This document shows, piece after piece, positions 7,696 through 15,394 of a stretch of 64,000 nucleotides of DNA. This stretch comes from Actinomycetes bacterium. Lineage in GTDB: Bacteria; Actinomycetota; Acidimicrobiia; Acidimicrobiales; JAJYXR01. The position numbers and the translations under genes are program-made. Location of the stretch: the NCBI GenBank assembly GCA_021801795.1, contig JAJYXR010000007.1:5048-69047 (forward strand), written 5' to 3'. The notes under the pieces are model-generated. The model had not been told where the DNA came from and did not search any database. It saw only the letters and a list, made by a program, of their open reading frames with translations. How positions within the stretch are numbered: the first letter of the stretch is position 1; every line of letters starts with the position of its first letter.

Positions 7696-8919
7696 ATGCG
7701 CCGCGAGCCCCCCGTAGCCGACCAGGTCGATCCCGGGATCCAGACCGAGGCTCCCGAGGGGGTCCCTGACGGCGACACCGGTTCGACACCGCCATGGCCA
7801 CCCAGGATCGGCCGTAGAGGCTTTCTCGGCGCCATAGGCACCACCACTGCCCTCGCAGGCCTGGCGGCAGCGTGTGGAACGGCCTCGGAGTCAGGAGCGA
7901 GCAGAACTTCGCGCAAGGCCACACCGCCCACCGACCCACACCTCGTCAGGGTCGTGAGCGTGTACACGCCTTACCAGAGCGGGCTGCTCCCTGCTCTCGT
8001 GACACCATTCGAGTCGGCGGGCACCTACCGCGTCGACATCCAGGCTACGAACGACATCTTCGAGCCCGCCATGCACGGCCAGGCGGACCTCGTCGTCTGC
8101 CATTACGCCCACCGTGGCGTTCCAGGGCGTCAGGCAGGCCATCCTGGTGCCCGCCACGGCTCCGTGGTGCCCGGAAGCGGCGAGGGCGGAGGCCACGGTG
8201 GCGGTGGTGGTGGCGGTGGCGGTGGCGGTGGCCACGGTGGCGGTGGCCACCCTGGCGTAATACCTGGCAGCGGCGAGGGCGGCGGCCACGGTGGCCGTGG
8301 CAGCGCAGAGACCTCAGCTACGGCCTCACCCGCTAAGTCCGCTGAGATGACGACGAGCCGCTTCGTCCAGGAAGGCTTCGGCGAGTGGCCGGCCGCCCTG
8401 TTCTCGAACCAGGCACTCCTCCTCGGACCGCCCTCTGATCCGGCAGGCGTCCTCGGTCTTACGAGCGCCTACGAGGCGTTCGCCCGTATCGCCTCCACCG
8501 GCCAGCGGTTCCTCGCTGCGCCCGACGAGCGGATCAGCTACCTGAACGAGCTCCTGCTCTCCCTCCCAGGCATCACGAAGGGGTCCTGGTACGTCCCCAC
8601 GACGGCCGTAGGTGCCGCTCTCCTGGCACAGGCTGCCGACGAGGGGGCATACACGATGTGGGGAGACTCGAACGCCGCCCTCGCCACCGTAGCTGGCCAG
8701 CTGGTCCCCATGGTGACCACCGATCCGCTACTGCAGCGGCTGATGGTAGCCATCGTGGTGAACCCCGACACCGTGGCCGGGGTGAACTCACCAGGAGCCA
8801 TTGCCTTACAGTCATACCTCATCTCGGCTCCCGTGCAGGCGAAGGTCTACTCCTTCCGCGAACCAGGCTTCACCACGCCGACGTTCTGGCCTGCTGGCGT
8901 GAGCGACGTCATCACCTGA
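7696..8919 (+). CDS. TAT-signal lipoprotein, TupA-like binding protein with a His/Gly-rich insertion (paralog of 1845-2981)
   Basis: RRGFLG twin-arginine motif plus lipobox LAAAC. HLVRVVSVYTPYQSGLLPALVTPFESAGTYRVDI..GQADLVVCHYAH and ..LLGPPSDPAGV.. are TupA-like. An ~80-aa insertion (nt ~8110-8353) includes GGGHGGGGGGGGGGGGHGGGGHPGVIPGSGEGGGHGG. Confidence 0.7.
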   Translation: MRREPPVADQVDPGIQTEAPEGVPDGDTGSTPPWPPRIGRRGFLGAIGTTTALAGLAAACGTASESGASRTSRKATPPTDPHLVRVVSVYTPYQSGLLPALVTPFESAGTYRVDIQATNDIFEPAMHGQADLVVCHYAHRGVPGRQAGHPGARHGSVVPGSGEGGGHGGGGGGGGGGGGHGGGGHPGVIPGSGEGGGHGGRGSAETSATASPAKSAEMTTSRFVQEGFGEWPAALFSNQALLLGPPSDPAGVLGLTSAYEAFARIASTGQRFLAAPDERISYLNELLLSLPGITKGSWYVPTTAVGAALLAQAADEGAYTMWGDSNAALATVAGQLVPMVTTDPLLQRLMVAIVVNPDTVAGVNSPGAIALQSYLISAPVQAKVYSFREPGFTTPTFWPAGVSDVIT

Positions 8920-8946
8920 ATCACTCTCGCATCTTCCTGGGGACGA

Positions 8947-8979
8947 ACGAAGGACCGGCCCGCAGGGCCGGTCCTTCGT
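8947..8979. terminator. Perfect 15-bp stem / 3-nt loop hairpin between convergent genes (candidate bidirectional terminator)
   Basis: ACGAAGGACCGGCCC (8947-8961), loop GCA, GGGCCGGTCCTTCGT (8965-8979). It lies between the stop at 8919 (+) and the stop at 9018 (-). No clear U-tract is present. Confidence 0.5.
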
Positions 8980-9017
8980 CTCACACCCCGTAGGGAGCTG
9001 AGCCTTTCGGCAGCTTC

Positions 9018-12000
9018 CTACTGGTACCAGCCCATGACGTCTGCGATGACGTCGGTGGTGCCGGAGAAGTTATAGATGGTCACCGTGCCGGTGGAGCTGA
9101 GCGTGGCGATCACCAGGTTCGCCGTCGTGGCCCCCATCGTCCAGTTCAGGTCCGAAGCCGTCGGCGGAGTACCCGTACCTGGGTAAACCGTCAGGTAGCC
9201 ACCCGTGCTGGTGTTCGTAGCCGTCACGTTCAGCACGACCGCGGTGGCCGTCTTCGGCACGTTCGCCAGACCGGCGACAGTGACCGTGATGGTCTTGCCC
9301 GATCCCACGGTACCGATCGAGGCATTCGCAGTCGGGATGGCCTCACTGGAGCAGTAGCTCGGCGCGTGGCTGGCAGCGCACCTGGTGTCTAGGATGCGAA
9401 CCGGCGCGGGCTCGGCGTTGAACTGTGCGCCGGTGGCGCTCGAGCTGGCTGCGGTGAAGTAGCCGTCGACGTCCACCAGGGCGTCGGTGGTCACATCACT
9501 CACCAGGTTGATCGTCCCGCTGGAGCTCACCGGCACGATCACCCGGTTCGGCACCGCACCCTCGCCCATGTGGAAGTTCACGTTCGATACCAGGGGAGGC
9601 GTGGTGATGCTCCCCGGGTAGGCGGTGAGGTATCCACCACTGGAGTATCCGACTGCCGTCAGGTTCAGCACCACGGCGGTCACACCCGAGCTGGGTATCC
9701 CACCGTTACCGGTGACCTGCACGCTGAGCGGCGTGTTCGGTGCGAGCGTCTTGCCATTGCACTGAGCATCCGCACCGGTGAGGTTCGACGGGTTACCGGA
9801 CCTGGTGTCGCAGATGCGGGCCGGGGCCGAGAGGCCGTTGTAGAGGCCCTGGCCGGCAGCGCTCGGCACCGAGTAGTAGCCCTCGACGTCCACGATGATG
9901 TCCGTGGAGGTGTCAGCCGAGATGGCCACCTGGCCGTTCGTGCCCACACCCACCTCCACCAGGTTGGCGACGGCGTCGCCGGCCTTGAAGTTCAGGTTCG
10001 AGGTGCTGGGCTGGCTCGCACCGGCAGGGTACACCGTCACGAATCCACCGGTCGCCTCGTTCGCAGCCGTCACGTTCAGCACGACCGCCGAGACGCCCGA
10101 GGTGGGCACACCTCCGATACCGGCGACCGTCACGTCCAGCGGGCTGCTCGACGTGAGCTGGGTTCCGGAGTTGGCGCACTGGCCGGTCACCCCAGAGGTC
10201 ACGTCACCCGTGCCACCGATGCTCGCAGCGGAGCGCGTGTCGCAGATACGGGTGGGCGTGAGGGCCGTGTAGGCAGCCTCGTAGGTGAACTGGTCACCGC
10301 TCACGATACCGCTGGTGAGGCTGTTCACGGTAACCGTGACGTTCACCGTGCCGGTCATCTGAGCAGGCGAGACCACCGTGATCGAGGTGGAGGACACGAC
10401 GGTCACGCTGGTGCCGGCCACGGTGCCGAAGTCCACCGTCGCACCCGAGCTGAACCCGGATCCGGTGATGGTCACCGTGGTGCCACCAGCAGTCGACCCA
10501 ACAGTCGGGCTGATGCTGGTCACCACCGGAGCGGGCGGCGCAGACAGGGTGTAGGTACCGCTGGTAGCTGCTATCAGGTCTGCAGAGGTGCTCACCTGCA
10601 TGGTGTCAGTACCGGCCGGCGGGTTCGTCACGCTGGCTATCGACAGCGTCACGGCCGTCGAGTCTGCTATGGCCACAGGCGTGGTGATGGTCACGGTGGC
10701 GGTGCCACCTCCGGTCACCGTCGTCGCCGCGGCCCCGGCGCCACCACTAGGCGTCACCACGTAGTCCGATGCGGCCGACGGGAACGCTGTCCCCGTCGGA
10801 CCCGCCAGGACGATGGTGCCCGTGCCTGCCACCAGCGCACCGCTGGCACTGGTGGTGAAGTCCACCGTGTAGCTGGCAGACTCCGTGCCCACTGCAGGGC
10901 TCACCGTCACGCTCGGGCAGGCCGCGACGCCGGTCGCACAGGTCGTGGTGTCCGGACCAGTCACCGTCGAACCGATGGTGTAGCTGGAGGTGGCCACAGG
11001 AGCCGTGTCCGACGAGGTGTTCACGCTCAGCGTGTAGTTACCAGACGGCGGGTTCGTGACACCGCTGATGGTGAGCGCAACCGAACCACCCGCAGCCACG
11101 GACACCGGAATGTCCACGGTCGCCTCGTTATCGGTGCTCGAGCCGTTCGTGGCACTCAGCGATGGCGTCACGGTCGCAGCGGTGCTGTTGAACACGTAGT
11201 CGCTCGCCGTGGAAGGCATGGTCGTGCCAGGAGGAGCGTCGATGGTCACCGAACCCACAGGGGAGCTGGTCGTGCTCAGTGCACCGGTGGAGCTGGTCAC
11301 GAAGTCCAGCGTGTAGACAGCGTTGGTAGCTGCCTCCGTGGCTGGAGTCGGGCTCGGCCCGGTCAGCTTGCTGATCTCACTCCCAGTCGCGAAGGTCGGT
11401 GACGCCGCAGGAACGGTGTCGGCCGAGGTCGAGACCATGAGCTCGTTCGAGGTGCTCGCTGGCGGGTTCGTGGCACCGGAGATCACGACGATCACCGGAG
11501 CGCTGTCACCCACCGAGACCGGGATGGTGATCACCGCGCTGTTACTCGTAGCGCTCACCTTCGCAGCAGCCATGCCGTTCACGGTGTAGTCGCTGGCTGC
11601 ACTCGGCATGGTCATGCCAGCAGGCCCCGTGATGGTGATGGTGCCGGTGCCCGCCACGAGCGCACCAGTGGAGCTGGTGTCGAAGCTCACCGCGTACTCC
11701 GCGGGGCTACCGCCCGCCAGCGACGGGTTCGGGTTCGTCGTTATGTAGGGGAAGCTCGAACTCCCGGACGGGAGAGCCACGGATCCCACTGACGTCCCGA
11801 TCGAGTACTCGCTCGTCGTCACCGGGTCGGCGTCAGTCGACGTGAAGAGGCTCGCCGTGTAGGTCGTACCAGACGTCGGGTTAGTCGCTCCCGTGATAAC
11901 CAGCGAGGTGGGAGTGCTCGGCGAGATGTTCGTACCAACCGTCACCACCGCACAGTCACCGCTGGTGCAGGTAGGCGTCGGGGAGCTTATGAGGCTCACG

Positions 12001-14978
12001 CTATAGGCGGCGACACCACCGACTGTGTAGTCGGTGACCGCGCTGGGCAGGGTCGTGCCGCTCGGTACCACCACGGTAACCGTGCTCGTATCGCTTACCA
12101 GGTTGTAAGTGCTGCCCGATGCAGTCGCCGAGCTCGTGGTGAAGCTGAACGTGTACTTCGCGCTCTGCGAAGCGCTGGCGGGGTTTATCGACAGATCCAG
12201 GCTGCTCACCGCGGTCGGAGTGCTCACCGTATTGAAGGGCGTCACGGCCGCAGGCGCCGGGTCGGCCGAGGTGGAGACGCCAGCGGTGTAGTCACTCGTC
12301 GCGACGGCTGGGTTCGTCGTGTCGTTCACGTTCACGGTAACCGGTGCATCCGCGTTGATCGTCACCGGGGTGGTGATGATCGCGCATGGGGTCGAGCAGG
12401 TCGACGGGTCCACCGATACGGTCGAGGCCTCGACGCCGTTCACGACGTACAGGGCGGCAGTGCTCGGGAAGATCGTGGTCGCCGTGGACGTGATCGTGAT
12501 CGTGCCATTACCCGCAGTCAGCCCACCGGTGGAGCTGGTCGTGAAGGTGAAGTCGTACTGGCCAGGGGTGAAGCCCGCGTAGTCGTTCGGCTCCTGGCTC
12601 AGCTGATCGAAGCTCACCGACGTGGTCGGCGTGCCGATCACGTAGTAGCTGCTGTCGACCACGGCGGTGTCGTCTGTGCTCGTCACCACCGTCCCGACGT
12701 AGTTCCCGGCCGAGGGGTTCGTCGATCCGCCGATGACGACCGTCACCTGACCATTAGGCGTGACGTTGGCCGGAGAGGTGATGACCAGGTCATCGGTGCC
12801 AAGCCCCGAGAGGTCGCCCGAGGGCACCGGGATCCCGTTCACCGTGACAGTCGCGCCGCTCGATCCGAGAAGCGTGCCAGCAGTAGCCGTGATGGTGATG
12901 GTGCTGGAGCCACCCACGAGGTTGTACGTGGTGTTACCCGAGGCGAACTGGCTGCTCGTGGTGAACTGCACCGTGTAGGTGACACCCGCGGCATCGGCCA
13001 GGGAAGAGCTCGGGCTGAAGCTGACGCCCGAAACCTCGTTCGACGGTGCAGCCACGATCGGGTAGTAGCTGGTGGTCGCGGTGGCCTTGTCAGACGACGT
13101 GCTCACGCTGAGCTGGTCACCCGATCCTGTGCTCGCGGCTGGGTTCGTCACGTCGTTGATCGTTACCACCACGTCGGTGGAGTTCCCGATGGCCGCAGGC
13201 GTGACGATGGTGACTTCGTTCGACCCGCCGCCGGTGACCGCCGTGGCGATCGGGGCCGCCGTGGGCGTGCCGTAGAGCGAACCCTGGCTGATCGTGTAGT
13301 CACCGGTAGAGGTGGGGAACACCGTGCCGCTCGGCGCGTCGATGCTGATCGAGCCTGATCCGGCTGCCAGTGCTCCGGTCGAGCTGGTCTCGAAGGCCAC
13401 CTGGTATACGGTCGGGGCACCGGCGATATCCGATCTCATGGTCACCGTCTGGCTCGACACGGAAGAGTAGATGGTGTAGTTGCCGCTCGTGACCGGCATG
13501 AGGTCGGACGAGGTGAAGACCGTGACGGTGTCGTCCACGCTGGACGTGGTCGGGTTCGTCACGTTGCTCACGATGAGGTTCACAGCGGTGGAGGCCGCGA
13601 TGCTCTGTGAGATCGAGACTACGGCGGTCGAGGCAGTAGAGGTTCCACAGGTCACGCTGGTGCCCGCGGAGTTCTCACAGGCCACGGAGCTCGCTGTGGC
13701 CTGGCTCACGGAGTAGTCGCTTGCCGCTGCGGGGAAGACGGTACCGGCAGGTGCCTCCACCGTGATCGACCCGACTGGCGAACTCGAGCTGCTGAGCGCC
13801 CCAGAGGCGCTGGTGGTGAAGCCGATGCCGTAGGTGGCCGTGGTGACGCCAGTGCCGTTAGGCGTGGGGTTCCCAGCCGTGGCCGTGGTGACGCCGGAGC
13901 TGGTGGCCGTGGAGCAGCAGACCACCTTCGTGACTGCGGTCGGAGCGGCCGCGATGGTGTAGGTCTCACCGCTGCCGAAGGTCTCGGTCTTCGTGTCGGA
14001 GGAGGTGCTGATGGTGAGCGAGTCGGTGGACCCGCTGGCAGTGGCGGCGGGGTTCGTCACGCCGCTCACGACCACGTCCACGCTCCCGTCCGCCGGTATG
14101 GCCACGGGGGTGGTGATCGTCGCAGTATCCGTACCGCCACCGCTCACGGTCGATGCAGCGACGCCGTTCACCACGTAGTCACTGGCACTCGACGGGAAGA
14201 CGGTGCCCGTGGGCGCTGCCACGGTGATGGTGCCGCTGGCGGCTGCTAGGGCGCCGGTGGCCGGGGGGCTGGTGACCACAGCGCTGGTGGTGAAGGTGAA
14301 TGCGTAGGTAGCCGCAGACCCTGCGTAGTCCGGGCTCGGGTTGCCAGCAGCGGGCAGGCCGGTGCTGGCACTGATCGAGCAGCACACACCGAGGGTCACC
14401 TGCCCCGGAGGGGCGGTGAGGGTGTAGGAGGGTATGACTGCCGGGACCGTGTCGGCCGAGGTGGCCACGGTGGCGGTCGTGTAGGTGCCCGGGGTCGACG
14501 GGTTCGTCACGCCGTTCACCACGACGGTGACGGCGGTGCTGGCGGCGATGCTGGCGGGCACCGTGATGGTCACGGTGCTGGCGGTGCCGACCGTGCTGGA
14601 GTTACTGACCGTGGGACTGGCACTAACCACGGTGCCGTCCACGGTGTAGGCGTTCGCGCTGGATGGGAACACCGTCCCGGTCTGTGGAGACGCCGCCTGG
14701 GGACCGGGAAAGCTGAGGGTGATGGTGCCGGTTCCACCCGCGAGCGCGCCGGAGCTGCTCGTGGTGAAGCCGACGGTGTAGACCGATGTTGCGCTGGTGG
14801 TCGCAGGGTTGGCCGCGGGGCCGCTCACGCTCGTCACCGAGGTGCCGGTGGCGAAGGCCGTACCCGCGCCGAGGAAGGGCACGACGGCCAGTGCGGCTAC
14901 GAGCGCGGTGGCGCTGGCGCGCAGAGCACGCCGGATGCCTCTGGGTGTTATGGCCGTGCGAGTGGTCTCGCTGTTCAC
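9018..14978 (-). CDS. Giant secreted Thr/Ser/Val/Ala-rich repeat protein (~1986 aa): ~10 tandem ~145-aa units, one IPT/TIG domain, three C-terminal 'RICDTR' modules; candidate S-layer or surface glycoprotein
   Basis: The longest ORF reaches 15203, but GTG 14978 has SD GGGAGGA (14987-14993, 8-nt spacer) and opens directly into a signal peptide (..RRALRASATALVAALAVVPFLGAGTAFA). Ten units share ..Y.V.FTTSS.GAL..G.GTIT...P.GT.FPS...DY.V........VTNP... The IPT/TIG domain (ISPTVGSTAGGTTVTITGSGF) lies at ~10270-10545. The three RICDTR/RILDTR modules occupy 9018-10265. Confidence 0.85.
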   Translation of the reverse strand: MNSETTRTAITPRGIRRALRASATALVAALAVVPFLGAGTAFATGTSVTSVSGPAANPATTSATSVYTVGFTTSSSGALAGGTGTITLSFPGPQAASPQTGTVFPSSANAYTVDGTVVSASPTVSNSSTVGTASTVTITVPASIAASTAVTVVVNGVTNPSTPGTYTTATVATSADTVPAVIPSYTLTAPPGQVTLGVCCSISASTGLPAAGNPSPDYAGSAATYAFTFTTSAVVTSPPATGALAAASGTITVAAPTGTVFPSSASDYVVNGVAASTVSGGGTDTATITTPVAIPADGSVDVVVSGVTNPAATASGSTDSLTISTSSDTKTETFGSGETYTIAAAPTAVTKVVCCSTATSSGVTTATAGNPTPNGTGVTTATYGIGFTTSASGALSSSSSPVGSITVEAPAGTVFPAAASDYSVSQATASSVACENSAGTSVTCGTSTASTAVVSISQSIAASTAVNLIVSNVTNPTTSSVDDTVTVFTSSDLMPVTSGNYTIYSSVSSQTVTMRSDIAGAPTVYQVAFETSSTGALAAGSGSISIDAPSGTVFPTSTGDYTISQGSLYGTPTAAPIATAVTGGGSNEVTIVTPAAIGNSTDVVVTINDVTNPAASTGSGDQLSVSTSSDKATATTSYYPIVAAPSNEVSGVSFSPSSSLADAAGVTYTVQFTTSSQFASGNTTYNLVGGSSTITITATAGTLLGSSGATVTVNGIPVPSGDLSGLGTDDLVITSPANVTPNGQVTVVIGGSTNPSAGNYVGTVVTSTDDTAVVDSSYYVIGTPTTSVSFDQLSQEPNDYAGFTPGQYDFTFTTSSTGGLTAGNGTITITSTATTIFPSTAALYVVNGVEASTVSVDPSTCSTPCAIITTPVTINADAPVTVNVNDTTNPAVATSDYTAGVSTSADPAPAAVTPFNTVSTPTAVSSLDLSINPASASQSAKYTFSFTTSSATASGSTYNLVSDTSTVTVVVPSGTTLPSAVTDYTVGGVAAYSVSLISSPTPTCTSGDCAVVTVGTNISPSTPTSLVITGATNPTSGTTYTASLFTSTDADPVTTSEYSIGTSVGSVALPSGSSSFPYITTNPNPSLAGGSPAEYAVSFDTSSTGALVAGTGTITITGPAGMTMPSAASDYTVNGMAAAKVSATSNSAVITIPVSVGDSAPVIVVISGATNPPASTSNELMVSTSADTVPAASPTFATGSEISKLTGPSPTPATEAATNAVYTLDFVTSSTGALSTTSSPVGSVTIDAPPGTTMPSTASDYVFNSTAATVTPSLSATNGSSTDNEATVDIPVSVAAGGSVALTISGVTNPPSGNYTLSVNTSSDTAPVATSSYTIGSTVTGPDTTTCATGVAACPSVTVSPAVGTESASYTVDFTTSASGALVAGTGTIVLAGPTGTAFPSAASDYVVTPSGGAGAAATTVTGGGTATVTITTPVAIADSTAVTLSIASVTNPPAGTDTMQVSTSADLIAATSGTYTLSAPPAPVVTSISPTVGSTAGGTTVTITGSGFSSGATVDFGTVAGTSVTVVSSTSITVVSPAQMTGTVNVTVTVNSLTSGIVSGDQFTYEAAYTALTPTRICDTRSAASIGGTGDVTSGVTGQCANSGTQLTSSSPLDVTVAGIGGVPTSGVSAVVLNVTAANEATGGFVTVYPAGASQPSTSNLNFKAGDAVANLVEVGVGTNGQVAISADTSTDIIVDVEGYYSVPSAAGQGLYNGLSAPARICDTRSGNPSNLTGADAQCNGKTLAPNTPLSVQVTGNGGIPSSGVTAVVLNLTAVGYSSGGYLTAYPGSITTPPLVSNVNFHMGEGAVPNRVIVPVSSSGTINLVSDVTTDALVDVDGYFTAASSSATGAQFNAEPAPVRILDTRCAASHAPSYCSSEAIPTANASIGTVGSGKTITVTVAGLANVPKTATAVVLNVTATNTSTGGYLTVYPGTGTPPTASDLNWTMGATTANLVIATLSSTGTVTIYNFSGTTDVIADVMGWYQ

Positions 14979-15130
14979 GTGGAGTGTCCTCCCTGTGTCG
15001 TTGTTCGGATACGCCTGGCGGCCCGACCCTTCGTTTATTTCCTGAGACACCGCTCGAGCCTTTCTCTCTCCGCTTCCGGCGTGCATTGACGCCCCGATCA
15101 TTGCCTGTGCGATCCCCGGATGCACGTCAG

Positions 15131-15155
15131 CCGGCTGGGAGGTCTTCCCAGCCGG
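15131..15155 (-). promoter_or_regulatory. Perfect 10-bp stem-loop in the putative long 5' leader of the giant gene
   Basis: CCGGCTGGGA (15131-15140), loop GGTCT, TCCCAGCCGG (15146-15155). It lies ~150 nt upstream of the GTG at 14978. Its role is inferred only. Confidence 0.2.
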
Positions 15156-15394
15156 TCGGCTCGATCCGGTTCCTTCTTCATTTCTATTGCCTTCGAATCG
15201 CACGTCACAACCTCAATCGTCGTGGGATGCCGGACCGTTACGACCCTGCCCCGTCTAACGCCTGTACACGTCTGCCCGCGAAGTCGCGGGATCGGCGGAA
15301 CCTTACGCGTGCCAGCAGGTCGTGTCAAGCACCGTCGGTGAAACTGCCAGCGTGGTCGTAGCGCCAGAGGCACATCCGTGCGAGAATCCCACCG

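Noticed and set aside
9570-11402. 610-aa plus-strand ORF (and shorter ones at 11323, 12109, 12319, 13480 and others) antisense to the giant gene
   Set aside because: The sequence is Arg/Gly/His-rich with no motifs. It is a typical GC-shadow ORF opposite a strongly supported, domain-rich minus-strand CDS.
15203-15203. Longest-ORF N-terminal extensions (starts at 15203, 20622, 20834, 25189, 27387, 31189, 39350, 41123, 44886, 46265, 48928, 49098, 53926, 56454, 57328)
   Set aside because: The extensions overlap the preceding gene or are Arg/Pro-rich. Internal starts give SD sites, 4-nt stop/start overlaps, or canonical family N-termini, for example MIDIRLV for SerS and MRIMVVTNLFP for GT4.
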